Shown here in pieces: positions 1-10,436 of a DNA stretch of 64,000 nt (its first letter is position 1; each line of letters opens with the position of its first letter). Below the pieces are notes generated by a model. The model made no database searches. It was not told the origin of the DNA and saw only the letters and a list, made by a program, of their open reading frames with translations. Both the position numbers and the translations under genes were made by a program. Location of the stretch: sequence record SRR31156797_2307. One strand, given 5' to 3'.

Positions 1-171
1 TTTCATTAAGAATCGAACTCAGGTTAATAGAAAACAAACAGATATTACTTGGCTCAATTCCTATTCCAAGTATTTTAGATACATTAAACCTTTTTCAATA
101 GACTTCACAGCGTCAAACAGCAAGGAAAGATATTGAAAGTAATACTCCGTTGTTTTATAAAAATCAAAAAT

Positions 172-709
172 ATGATAACTATATTGCCAGATTTAAAGGA
201 TAAAATTCGAACTATAGAAGATTTTCCCCAAAAAGGTATCTCCTTTAAAGATATTACTCCTTTGTTACTGGATTCTTATTGCTTTAATGAAGTGATTAAT
301 TCGTTTTAATGAGTTTTATTTCAAGCATGGTATAACCAAAGTATGTGGTATTGAATCAAGAGGTTTTCTACTTGGGAGTGTTTTGGCAAATAGGTTAGAT
401 ACTGGTTTTGTTCCTATCCGTAAAGCAGGCAAGCTTCCTTATCAAACGTATAATGCGGAATATGAATTGGAATATGGAACAGATACAATCGAAATACATA
501 AGGATGCTATTGAGAGGCATGACACTGTGCTAATTCACGATGATTTACTTGCAACAGGTGGTACTATGAATGCAGCAATAAAACTCATAAATGAATATTT
601 TCAGCCCCAAAAGATTTATGTGAGTTTCATTATTGAATTATCAGAATTAAATGGTCGAGCTATACTACCAATTTCAACCGATGATATATTTTCTTTAATC
701 CGTTATTAA
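172..709 (+). pseudogene. apt: Adenine phosphoribosyltransferase, split by a +1 frameshift in TTTT at 304-307 (real lesion or sequencing error)
   Basis: ATG at 172 gives MITILPDLKDKIRTIEDFPQKGISFKDITPLL (the Apt N-terminal DFPxxGIxFKDITPLL motif) and stops at TAA 307-309. The frame from 308 reads ...GIESRGF... into ORF 383..709 with IRKAGKLP, YELEYG and the PRPP motif HDDLLATGGT. Confidence 0.9.
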
Positions 710-722
710 TCACACAAGCAAC

Positions 723-1427
723 TTGTTAAAAAAAAATCAAAAGATAGGCTTTGTTTTTGCAATGGAAGCAGAAGCGGAACAACTCATTAAACAGTTAGAC
801 CTAAAAAAATGTAATCAAATAAATTCAGTTCAGATTTTCAGTAATAAACAAGAAAATATATTTGTTTCACTTAATGGTAAGTGCAAGAAAACTGGTGTAG
901 ACCATATTGGGACGAATGGTGCTATATTAAACACCTATATTCTAAATGAGATTAATAAACCTGATCTTATAATTAATGCTGGTACAGCAGGGGGATTTAA
1001 AAGAAAAGGGGCAAATATTGGAGATGTATATTTGGCAAACTCCTTAGCTATATTTCATGATCGAAGGATTCCTTTACCGGTATTTGATAAATATGGAGAA
1101 GGCAGGTATCCATTGCCAGATAATCTGAATATAGCGGAGAAACTTCAATTAAAAAAAGGGGTGATTTCTACTGGAAATTCGTTGGATTACACACCAAAAG
1201 AATTGGATTTTTTCATTAAAGAAGACGTTTCACTAAAAGATATGGAAGCCGCTTCTATCGCATGGATTTGTCAGGAAATAAATAAACCTTTCTTTGCTAT
1301 AAAGTCAATTACAGATATTGTTGATAGCGAAATTGAATCCGCAGTAGAATTTGAAAGGAATTTTACTATGGCAGTAGAAAACTTAACCACAAAACTTATT
1401 GAATTAATAGAATTATTAAAAAATTAA
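723..1427 (+). CDS. mtnN: 5'-methylthioadenosine/S-adenosylhomocysteine nucleosidase
   Basis: [21 protein letters not shown] and KSITD motifs of the PNP/UDP-1 MTA/SAH nucleosidase family. Confidence 0.85.
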   Translation: MLKKNQKIGFVFAMEAEAEQLIKQLDLKKCNQINSVQIFSNKQENIFVSLNGKCKKTGVDHIGTNGAILNTYILNEINKPDLIINAGTAGGFKRKGANIGDVYLANSLAIFHDRRIPLPVFDKYGEGRYPLPDNLNIAEKLQLKKGVISTGNSLDYTPKELDFFIKEDVSLKDMEAASIAWICQEINKPFFAIKSITDIVDSEIESAVEFERNFTMAVENLTTKLIELIELLKN

Positions 1428-1432
1428 ACAAT

Positions 1433-2719
1433 ATGTCATATTTATTTACATCAGAGTCAGTTTCGGAAGGACACCCGGATAAAGTCTCAGATCAAATCTC
1501 AGATGCCATTTTAGATAATAATTTAGCATTTGATCCGCAGGCAAAAGTTGCAGTTGAAACGTTGGTAACGACAGATAACGTTGTGATTGCCGGAGAGGTA
1601 AAAGCATCTGAGAGTATTGATGAAATAGCCATATCAAGAAGCGTAATTGAAAAAATAGGTTATAACAAAAAGGAGTATATGTTTGATTTTACAAGTTGTG
1701 AAATTAACTCAATGCTCCATGAACAATCAGCAGATATAAACAGGGGCGTTGAAAGAGAAGTTTCGGAAGAACAAGGCGCTGGTGACCAAGGAATGATGTT
1801 TGGCTATGCATGTAAAGATACGGAAAACTTTATGCCTTTACCTCTTGAATTGTCTCACAGAATATTACTTGAATTGGCTGCAATTAGGAAAGAGAAAAAG
1901 GAAATGTTGTATTTAAGGCCAGATTCAAAATCGCAAGTAACGGTTGAGTATAATGAATTAAACAAGCCGATAAAAATTAATACAATTGTTGTATCTACCC
2001 AACATGATGAATTTGATGGGGATGAAATAATGGTAGAGCAAATTAAAAAAGATGTTAAACAGATATTACTTCCAAGAGTAATAAGTCAACTTCCAGAATG
2101 CATTCAGAAGCTTTTTACTAATGACTTCAAACTACATGTAAACCCAACAGGAAAATTTGTTATTGGAGGGCCACATGGTGATACAGGTTTAACCGGAAGA
2201 AAAATTATTGTTGACACATATGGAGGAAAAGGAGCCCATGGTGGTGGAGCCTTTTCAGGAAAAGACCCAAGTAAAGTAGACCGTTCTGCCGCGTACGCAG
2301 CCAGACATATCGCCAAGAATTTGGTAGCTGCTGGAATTGCAGACGAGTTACTATTGCAATTGTCTTATGCAATTGGTGTTGCTGAACCTATTAGCGTTAA
2401 TGTAAATACTTTCGGTTCCGCTAAAAATGGATTGAGTGATGTGGAAATTGCAGAAAAAGTAGTTGAGATTTTTGATTTACGTCCTAATGCTATTGAGAGA
2501 AGGCTTAAACTTAGAAATCCTATTTATTTTGAAACTGCTTCCTATGGACATTTTGGAAGAGTGCCTCAAACAAAAACAAAGAAATTTTATGCAAAAGAAG
2601 GAGATGTCTTGGAGAAAACTGTTGAGCTGTTTACATGGGAAAAGCTTGATCATGTTAGCAACATAAAGCAAAAATTTGAGAATATTTTAATAGCTCAAGT
2701 TGAAGTTGTCAAAAATTGA
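1433..2719 (+). CDS. metK: S-adenosylmethionine synthetase
   Basis: [20 protein letters not shown] and [16 protein letters not shown] signature motifs. Confidence 0.98.
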   Translation: MSYLFTSESVSEGHPDKVSDQISDAILDNNLAFDPQAKVAVETLVTTDNVVIAGEVKASESIDEIAISRSVIEKIGYNKKEYMFDFTSCEINSMLHEQSADINRGVEREVSEEQGAGDQGMMFGYACKDTENFMPLPLELSHRILLELAAIRKEKKEMLYLRPDSKSQVTVEYNELNKPIKINTIVVSTQHDEFDGDEIMVEQIKKDVKQILLPRVISQLPECIQKLFTNDFKLHVNPTGKFVIGGPHGDTGLTGRKIIVDTYGGKGAHGGGAFSGKDPSKVDRSAAYAARHIAKNLVAAGIADELLLQLSYAIGVAEPISVNVNTFGSAKNGLSDVEIAEKVVEIFDLRPNAIERRLKLRNPIYFETASYGHFGRVPQTKTKKFYAKEGDVLEKTVELFTWEKLDHVSNIKQKFENILIAQVEVVKN

Positions 2720-3191
2720 ATTGTTGGAAAGAATATACATTTGTCTGATAAGTAGTTAGCGTTTATCCTTTTCAAAACGTTAATGACACCTAACGCTAGA
2801 AAAAAGAAGAAACTTAACCTCATTATAAACAAATTGTTTTTTTTAAACCCACAAGTATGGCTTGAATCGAAAAGTCTTAACTACTACTTTTTCTAGAACA
2901 ATATTTGATAATAAATATCTGAACCAAAGTAATGACTCAATGCATGATCTTTTAATGAATTACTCAATAATTGTTAATTCTTCATTTAGAGAACAAATGT
3001 ATTGCTAAATGCTTTCATAGCAGAACTATACTTGTGCCCCAAGAAACAAACAAAATTTACTTCTAAGTCTTGAATATCATGATATTTAAAGAATACTTAG
3101 GCTTTTCTTATTTAATGGTTATCTAAAAACTTTATTTTTCATTAGTTAAAATGATAAACTTCTAGGAGAAGGTAGGTGTTGCAATCTTTTA

Positions 3192-3963
3192 ATGAAGTTA
3201 AGAAAGGATAACAAAATGACATGATCGATTTGCAATGGTCTAAAATAGAAGACTTTTTCGATAACAAACAAAAAAGGAAACATTCATTGCGTATGATACT
3301 TGATGTAATGTTCTATTTGTTAAAAATAGGTTGTCAATGGAGAAAGCTACCGAAAGACATTTCTTCGTATGGTACAGTTTACTATTGTTATAGCAACAGG
3401 TGAAAGAAGGCTTCTTGGATGTGATACATAACAGCCTAAGGGAAGATGTTAGAAGGAATATAAGCAAGGGCAAAACACCTACAGTAGCTTGTATTGATAG
3501 CCAGTCTGTAAAAACAACACGTTCTGGGTCTGAAGAAAAAAGTATTGATGGCGGTAAAAAATATAAGGGATAAAACGTCATATCATAACTGATTCTTAGT
3601 ATTGCTGCTTGATGTTCTTGTACATGGGGCGAATATCCATGATAGTAAATCCGCTGATAGGGTAATATCAAAGCTGGTCATTAGGTTCCCAAAACTCAAG
3701 ACTATATTTGCAGATGGGGAATACCTTGGAGAATTTACTGGAAGAATAAAAGAAATATATGGTTGGTTTATATCAATAACTTTGAGGTCTGATAAGGTGA
3801 CCAATTTTCAACCATTACATAGAAAGATGGGTAGTTGAAAGAACTTTTACCTAGTTCGAAAAGTACAGGAGGCTGAGTAAAGATTTTGAATATTTAATGG
3901 ATACAAGCGAAGCTATGGTCAAATTAGCATCAATTAGGCTCTTTTATTAACAGATTAACATAG
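3192..3963 (+). mobile_element. IS5-family transposase remnant (multiple stops and frameshifts)
   Basis: Fragments in different frames: DLQWSKIE...GCQWRKLPKD (N-terminal domain), IDSQSVKT, DGGKKYKG*KRHI, GANIHDS, ADGEY and RWVVERTFT*FEKYRRLSKDFE, all typical of IS5-family DDE transposases. Terminal inverted repeats were not convincingly found. Confidence 0.85.
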
Positions 3964-3993
3964 ATACAAACATTTTCTAATAATATATCGATT

Positions 3994-6432
3994 ATGAAAA
4001 ACGTTTTATTAATCCTGAATCTAATATTTCAATTCCATTTAGCAATCGGACAGCCTAATAGAGATTACAATTTTAACCTTGATTGGAAATTTCAAAAAGG
4101 TGACCAACAAGGAGTAGAAAAATATGATTTTGATGATTCGGTGTGGAGAAAATTAGATTTACCTCATGACTGGAGTATTGAGGATTTACCAATCACAAAA
4201 ACACCAACAAACAAAATAATAAGTGGACCTTTTGATTCAGAATCCAGTGGTGGAAAATACTCAGGATATACAATAGGCGGAATTGGATGGTACCGAAAAC
4301 ATTTTAAATTACCGAAAGCCAATCCCGATAGAATCGTCTATTTGAATTTTGACGGGATTTATATGAACTCTACTATCTGGATTAATGGAAAGCAAGTTAG
4401 TTCACAACCCTATGGCTATTCTGCATTTTGGATTGATATTTCAGAGTTTTTAAACTTTGGTGAAAAAGAAAATATTATTGCGGTTCAAGTTAAAAACGAC
4501 AAATTAGCAAGTCGGTGGTATGCTGGCTCAGGCATTTACCGTAACGTAACATTAAGTATAGTAGATAGAGTACATTTCAATCCGTGGGGCATTTTTGTTT
4601 CTTCTCCAAAGGTAAATAAGGAAACTGCTAATGTATCGGTTTCTGCCAACATTAAAAATGCAACAACTGAAAAACAAGATGTAGATATAAAATTTGATGT
4701 CATTGATAATCAAAACCAACTTGTTGAATCAAAACTAATTTCAACTCGGTTACATAATAAAATCGAGAATAAGGTTAATGTTAACTTTATTATTTCTGTA
4801 CCCAAACTTTGGTCTCCAAATCATCCGAATTTATACACATTAAAGGCTACGATTATAAACAACGGAAATATTTTGGATTCGTGCAATACATCATTTGGGA
4901 TAAAAACAATAGAGTATGATTCTGAAAAGGGAATGTTTTTGAATGGTGAAAATATTAAATTAAAAGGAGGTGCGGTTCATTCAAACAATGGATGCTTAGG
5001 AGCAGCAGCCTACGATGAAGCGGAAAAGAGAAGAGTGAGAATTTTAAAAGAAGCTGGTTTTAATGCGGTACGTTGTGCCCATAACCCCCCTTCAACTGCA
5101 TTCCTGAACGAATGCGACAAGCAAGGATTATTAGTAATTGATGAAGCGTTTGATGATTGGACAGCTGGTGTATTAAAGGATGATTATAAATTGTTTTTTA
5201 ATAATTGGTGGAAACATGATTTAGGTAATATGATTCTTCGGGATAGGAATCATCCATCTATTTTTTCTTGGGGCATTGGTAACCAAATTCGAAATGCAAG
5301 AGATAGTATCGCAATTGAAACAGCACACAAACTGTCAGATTATGTACATATTTTAGATCCTTCTCGTCCTGTAACTGCAAATATTGCAATGTTTATTTCA
5401 GGTAATTGGTTGGATGGTTCTTCTGATTACTGGAAAGATTATGATGCAATATTTGAAGCACTTGATATTTGTGGTTATAGTTACCAATCGGGACAATATG
5501 AAAATGTTCATAAACGTTTACCTGACCGAATTCAATTTTCAACGGAAATTAACCCAAAATACTGTTTTAAAAATTGGATGAGAGTGATTGATAACGATTA
5601 TGTAATTGGTAATTTTGCATGGACTGCTATGGATTATATGGGAGAAGCTGGCGATGGTTGGCTAGGTTTCAGACCACAACAAATTTTCCCTTTTCACTCA
5701 ACTTATTGTGGAGATATTGATATCTGTGGATTTCGCAAGCCCCGTTCTTATTATCGAAATATTCTTTTTGAAGAAGGTAAACAAATCTCTATGTTTGTTC
5801 ATGCCCCAAAACCATCGTTTTTAGGTAAAAATGAATCGCTTTGGGGATGGGATGATGTAAAATCAAGTTGGAGTTGGAATGGCTTTGAAAATGATACATT
5901 TAAAGTAGATGTTTATTCAGCTTCAGGTAATGTTGAACTATTTCTTAATAATAATTCGCTTGGAGCTAAAGTTGTTTCAAGAGAAAGTGAATATAAAGTC
6001 AGTTGGGATGTTCCATACAAACAAGGAACTTTAATGGCAATAAGAAATATTCAATCAGGTGTTTCAGATACTTGTATTCTTAGTACAACTGATAAGGCTT
6101 ATGCAATAAGATTAACACCAGAAAAAGAAACTATGTTTGCAGACAGACAGGATTTATGCTTTATCACCGTTGAGATTGTTGATAAAGATGGAAACCTTGT
6201 TCCATACGCAGATAATTTGGTGAATTTTGAAATTAAAGGAGAAGGACTTTTGGTTGGTGTAGGAAATGCTGATCCGACTAGTCTAGAAAGTTATCAGAAA
6301 CCATACAGAACTGCATATGAAGGTAGATGTATAATTGTGATTAAAGCTTCCGATGCTTCGGAAAACATAGCCATAAATGCTGAAAGTGATGGCTTGAAAG
6401 GAACAAAGCTAACCATTTTGACCAAAGAGTAA
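3994..6432 (+). CDS. Glycoside hydrolase family 2 (beta-galactosidase-like), secreted, with acid/base Glu replaced by Gln
   Basis: Signal peptide, LPHDWSIE, GWYRKHF, RWYAGSGIYR, GFNAVRCAHNPP, RDRNHPSIFSWGIGNQ, WTAMDYMGE and C-terminal GVGNADP motifs. Confidence 0.9.
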   Translation: MKNVLLILNLIFQFHLAIGQPNRDYNFNLDWKFQKGDQQGVEKYDFDDSVWRKLDLPHDWSIEDLPITKTPTNKIISGPFDSESSGGKYSGYTIGGIGWYRKHFKLPKANPDRIVYLNFDGIYMNSTIWINGKQVSSQPYGYSAFWIDISEFLNFGEKENIIAVQVKNDKLASRWYAGSGIYRNVTLSIVDRVHFNPWGIFVSSPKVNKETANVSVSANIKNATTEKQDVDIKFDVIDNQNQLVESKLISTRLHNKIENKVNVNFIISVPKLWSPNHPNLYTLKATIINNGNILDSCNTSFGIKTIEYDSEKGMFLNGENIKLKGGAVHSNNGCLGAAAYDEAEKRRVRILKEAGFNAVRCAHNPPSTAFLNECDKQGLLVIDEAFDDWTAGVLKDDYKLFFNNWWKHDLGNMILRDRNHPSIFSWGIGNQIRNARDSIAIETAHKLSDYVHILDPSRPVTANIAMFISGNWLDGSSDYWKDYDAIFEALDICGYSYQSGQYENVHKRLPDRIQFSTEINPKYCFKNWMRVIDNDYVIGNFAWTAMDYMGEAGDGWLGFRPQQIFPFHSTYCGDIDICGFRKPRSYYRNILFEEGKQISMFVHAPKPSFLGKNESLWGWDDVKSSWSWNGFENDTFKVDVYSASGNVELFLNNNSLGAKVVSRESEYKVSWDVPYKQGTLMAIRNIQSGVSDTCILSTTDKAYAIRLTPEKETMFADRQDLCFITVEIVDKDGNLVPYADNLVNFEIKGEGLLVGVGNADPTSLESYQKPYRTAYEGRCIIVIKASDASENIAINAESDGLKGTKLTILTKE

Positions 6433-6453
6433 TTAATAATCCATACCTGAGTC

Positions 6454-6474
6454 AGCTAATCAATAGCTTTTTTT
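6454..6474 (+). terminator. Possible weak intrinsic terminator after the GH2 gene
   Basis: AGCTA-ATCAA-TAGCT hairpin followed by a T run; the stem is only 5 bp. Confidence 0.25.
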
Positions 6475-6529
6475 GAGACCGATGAATTATGAAAACCACT
6501 ATTTTTTTAAAAATAATATTCTCTGATTG

Positions 6530-7597
6530 ATGAATAAGTTAGGCAAACCGTATTATCCAAGTCTTAATGGATGGCGGGGAATAAGTGTAATTCTTGTTAT
6601 CTTACTTCATATTAAATATAAGTATTTTCCAGAAGTAAGTGAAACATTTTCATTGTTTTATGACGGTAAATTAGGCGTAAATATCTTTTTTGTAATATCT
6701 GGTTTCTTAATTACTTCTTTAATTATATATGAGGAAGAATCTTCAGGTAATATATCATTGCAAAATTTCTACATACGCAGGATATTTCGGATTTTTCCTG
6801 CATATTATACTTTGCTTATTGGATATTTAATTCTTCAGAAAACAGGTTTTATTTCTCTTAGCAAAGAATCTTGGATAACATCATTAACCTATACAAAATG
6901 TTTTAATATAATGAACGATTGGGAAACTGGTCATCTTTGGTCACTTTCAATCGAAGAACAGTTTTATATAATATGGCCAATTGTATATAAATTCTTTAAA
7001 AAACATCGAAACAAATTTGTTATATTTATCATAATCTCCACACCGATAATAAGACATTTCTATTATAATACCCACAACCCATGGATAAGTCAATTCACCA
7101 TTTTTCAGCGAAGTGATGCCATGATGTGGGGTTGTTTTTTGGCCATTCACTATGGAAAGATTTTTTACTTTGTAAATAAGGTAATTAAGAAATATAAGTT
7201 TGCGATTTATATTCCCTTTCTTATAATACCATTATTAGATATTATATCAAAAATCAATGTACGATATTCACTAGGTCTTGAGTTTTTTACTAAGTCAGTT
7301 GGTGGTACAACGTGTACGTTGTCTAGTATTAGTATTGGTCTAATGTTGATTGTAACCATTAATTATTCGCAAAACATTTTGTACAAAATTTTGAATTCGT
7401 CAGTATTAAATTTTTTGGGGAAAATATCGTATAGTGTGTACTTATGGCAACATATATTTCTGTCAAGGAAGTTGGGCTTTTTCTCAACATTACCTTATAA
7501 TATAATATTTATTTTTTGTGCTGCCATTCTTTCCTATTACTTCGTTGAAATACCATTCTTAAAATTGAAAAATAAATTCAATAAATCACAAACATAA
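6530..7597 (+). CDS. Acyltransferase family 3 (OafA/YrhL-like membrane O-acyltransferase)
   Basis: LNGWRG, GVNIFFVISGFLIT, FYIRRIFRIFP, HLWSLSIEEQFY and GKISYSVYLW motifs; multiple hydrophobic segments. Confidence 0.9.
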   Translation: MNKLGKPYYPSLNGWRGISVILVILLHIKYKYFPEVSETFSLFYDGKLGVNIFFVISGFLITSLIIYEEESSGNISLQNFYIRRIFRIFPAYYTLLIGYLILQKTGFISLSKESWITSLTYTKCFNIMNDWETGHLWSLSIEEQFYIIWPIVYKFFKKHRNKFVIFIIISTPIIRHFYYNTHNPWISQFTIFQRSDAMMWGCFLAIHYGKIFYFVNKVIKKYKFAIYIPFLIIPLLDIISKINVRYSLGLEFFTKSVGGTTCTLSSISIGLMLIVTINYSQNILYKILNSSVLNFLGKISYSVYLWQHIFLSRKLGFFSTLPYNIIFIFCAAILSYYFVEIPFLKLKNKFNKSQT

Positions 7598-7733
7598 ATA
7601 TAGAAGACTATTTTAAAACATCCATCTATTTGCGAATAATATAGATAGCACGAGTCATAAGGTGTTTGTTGTACAGCAAATAAGATGGGAAATGCATCTT
7701 GAATACAAATTGATCCACATTTTTATATAATCA

Positions 7734-9062
7734 ATGGACGATCGTTCTAAACTTGTTTTTGGAAATTTTAATTCAGAAGAGTATTGGAGAGACATAAATT
7801 ATGCCGAACTCCCTTCTTATAAAGATTTGCAAATTGAAAATATTGTTTCGGCTATGGACGAGATATTATTTCCATTTTGTAACGTGTCGAACGATACGCT
7901 CATAACACGGTATCCGATGGAGCAAATGCATTACGATTATTTAAACGAAATTGGCTTTTGTTTTCAAAACAAATCGATATTTAAAGAAAACGCTCAAAGT
8001 AATTACTGCAACTCTATAGAAAGTCAGGTGATTAAAGATGCGCAGAATCGGCTAAATAATATTGTGCCCAAAATATTTCGAATTGAACCTTTTTCAATAA
8101 TCCCAGATACAAAAGAGTTTTGTCGCATTTTTAATTCTCAAAATCTGTTTCCAAATATCGATGATGTAGTTAAAGTTAATTCCAAGATATTTTCTCATAA
8201 AATATCACACGAATTATTGGGAGAAAACCATGCAACTATTGTTTATTCAAGTGAAGAATTTGCAACCATAGGAACAAAAATGTTGGCTGATTCGAAAGCA
8301 GTTTTAGCAAAAGACCCTTATGGAGTATCTGGTAAAGGTAACTTTCTTATAGAATCGAAAGCAATGCTAAAGAGCTTATCGATGTTTATACTGAAACAGG
8401 AGAAAAAGGGAAAAGAAGTATGTTTTTTACTTGAAAAATTATTGGATAAGTATATTGATTTTTCATTCCAATTCGAAATTTCAGAAAACAATGATTTTCG
8501 AACTATTGCAATTCACGAAATGGAAAATAACAATTTTTGTTTCTCCGGTATCCGGGCAGCATCTGATAATTTAAAAAATATTTTGGAAAAAACACGTTAT
8601 TACGATACTGTTGTGAAAATTTCAGATTGTTTGTTCAATTCAGGTTATTTTGGGCCTGTTTGTCTCGACTCAATGATTACTTCTGATGGATTGGTAATTC
8701 CTATAATAGAGATAAATGCCAGAAGTTCAATGGGATTTATTAATCGTGCAATCGACCAGAGATTATCAGCCTCTAATTTGTCTAGCAAGCTATCATATTT
8801 TTCATTAGGCATAACCAAAAATTTCTCAATAAGTGAATTTTTATCTTGTTTAGAGAAATCAGAATTGCTGTTTCAAAAAAGTCGTCCATATGGAATAATA
8901 CCATTAACTACAACCACAATAACAATTAATGCAAAGTTGAACGAATATCCTTATAAAGGAAGGTTTTATTTCTCTATAGTGCCTAGTAAGCAATTCGATG
9001 AAACCATTATTTTAAAAATGCTAAAGGAGCAGTTTAACAAACTCGGAGCAAAGGTTTATTAA
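7734..9062 (+). CDS. ATP-grasp ligase (pre-ATP-grasp type seen in secondary-metabolite clusters)
   Basis: VNSK, KDPYGVSGKG loop, GYFGPVCLD and IEINAR motifs. Confidence 0.75.
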   Translation: MDDRSKLVFGNFNSEEYWRDINYAELPSYKDLQIENIVSAMDEILFPFCNVSNDTLITRYPMEQMHYDYLNEIGFCFQNKSIFKENAQSNYCNSIESQVIKDAQNRLNNIVPKIFRIEPFSIIPDTKEFCRIFNSQNLFPNIDDVVKVNSKIFSHKISHELLGENHATIVYSSEEFATIGTKMLADSKAVLAKDPYGVSGKGNFLIESKAMLKSLSMFILKQEKKGKEVCFLLEKLLDKYIDFSFQFEISENNDFRTIAIHEMENNNFCFSGIRAASDNLKNILEKTRYYDTVVKISDCLFNSGYFGPVCLDSMITSDGLVIPIIEINARSSMGFINRAIDQRLSASNLSSKLSYFSLGITKNFSISEFLSCLEKSELLFQKSRPYGIIPLTTTTITINAKLNEYPYKGRFYFSIVPSKQFDETIILKMLKEQFNKLGAKVY

Positions 9063-9064
9063 AT

Positions 9065-10174
9065 ATGAAAAAACAAGTTACAGCAATATTATGTTCGGGT
9101 GTTACTCTTGGAGCTTATAACCCTGCATTAATTTTACACCGAAAGTTTTCGGCATTAGGAATTGCTTCTGAATTGCAAACTTGTGAAACTCTCTTTTTTC
9201 AAGATAAGAAATTGAAGATTCTTGAGATGAAAAAAATGTTCCACAACAATTTCAAATTTGCATTGATGGGACAGAAAGTTTCAGGTACAGTACAAAACAA
9301 TTTCGATCCGTTTTTGCTGGAACAATTGTATGATAGATGGTATAGAAATGAAGTGCGAAATTTTATATTGTTTTCCGGATTTTGGATGGAAATAATAGAA
9401 GTTTTTTTCAAGAAATTTCCCAGTAACGATTACAATGTGAAAATATGCCACATGGACGCTGTTGAATCGGCTTCATGGAAATTGAAAAACTACAACCTGG
9501 AAGATTACGATAATATTTGGCTTTTTAATTGGGAACAGAAATCTATAAATAACTATATCTCCATTTCCGAAGACGATATAGTTCCTTTCGATGATCGAGA
9601 TAAAAGGTTGGTTATTCATGGAGGAGGATGGGGACTTGGTACTTATAAAGAAAAAATTGCATTTTTGGAATCGCAGAATATAAAACTAGATATTATCAAC
9701 TATGAGTATCGAGATATTACCAATTATAATTCTTCAAATCGGTATTTTATAATCAATCCCGATTGGAAAGCATGGGAGCCCAATGATTTAGGCGAATACA
9801 GCTTTCCTCCCTTTGGACGGTTCATACCTGGCTCAGAAGTTGAGTATACAACCCACAAAAATTATCCGGGTGTATATAATCTTATAATGAACAACGTTGG
9901 AATAATTAGCAAACCAGGAGGAGGAACAATAATCGATTCTTTATCGTCGGCAACGCCTATAATATTCCTTGATCCGTACGGTGACTATGAAAAAAAGAAT
10001 GCCGAATTAATTACCGATTTAGGATTGGGGATCTGGTTTGATGATTGGCAAAAATCTTCTTACTCTTTTGATCTACTTAAACAATGCCACGAAAATTTGG
10101 CTATCAAGAGAGAAGGACTTATTGATATAATGGATTTGTTTAAAGAAAAAAATCACGAAATAATAATTCAATAA
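9065..10174 (+). CDS. GT-B fold glycosyltransferase (UDP-glucuronosyltransferase/GT28-like)
   Basis: HGGGWGLG and ISKPGGGTIIDS...P...YE.KNA...LG.G nucleotide-sugar-binding C-terminal motifs. Confidence 0.65.
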   Translation: MKKQVTAILCSGVTLGAYNPALILHRKFSALGIASELQTCETLFFQDKKLKILEMKKMFHNNFKFALMGQKVSGTVQNNFDPFLLEQLYDRWYRNEVRNFILFSGFWMEIIEVFFKKFPSNDYNVKICHMDAVESASWKLKNYNLEDYDNIWLFNWEQKSINNYISISEDDIVPFDDRDKRLVIHGGGWGLGTYKEKIAFLESQNIKLDIINYEYRDITNYNSSNRYFIINPDWKAWEPNDLGEYSFPPFGRFIPGSEVEYTTHKNYPGVYNLIMNNVGIISKPGGGTIIDSLSSATPIIFLDPYGDYEKKNAELITDLGLGIWFDDWQKSSYSFDLLKQCHENLAIKREGLIDIMDLFKEKNHEIIIQ

Positions 10175-10177
10175 AAT

Positions 10178-10429
10178 ATGAGCGTAGAAGAAAAAGTTAA
10201 AGCTGTACTTGTAGAAGTCAAATCATTGAATGGTAATGATGTTAAATGGAACGGTGATATAGACATTATCAACGATATTGGAATGGATTCACTTCAAATC
10301 ATTAATTTCTTATTAAAACTTGAAGATCACTTAGATATTGAGATCGATTTTGAAGAGTTCAATTACAACCATCTCCGTTCGCTGGAAAAATTCTGTAGTT
10401 TTCTTCAAAAAAACTATGATTTAAACTAA
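10178..10429 (+). CDS. Free-standing acyl/peptidyl carrier protein
   Basis: 83 aa, acidic, DIGMDSLQ phosphopantetheine attachment motif. Confidence 0.9.
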   Translation: MSVEEKVKAVLVEVKSLNGNDVKWNGDIDIINDIGMDSLQIINFLLKLEDHLDIEIDFEEFNYNHLRSLEKFCSFLQKNYDLN

Positions 10430-10436
10430 TGGCATA

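Noticed and set aside
3-203. Possible 3' end of an upstream gene (SLRIELRLIE...LFQ* followed in frame by TSQRQTARKDIESNTPL...)
   Set aside because: Too short and cut by the window edge; no family can be supported.
2736-2743. TACATTTG matching the Bacteroidota -7 promoter consensus TAnnTTTG
   Set aside because: Short motif expected by chance in AT-rich DNA, with no intact gene close downstream.
3100-3990. Terminal inverted repeats and target duplication for the IS5 remnant
   Set aside because: No convincing matching ends could be found by eye; the element is heavily decayed.
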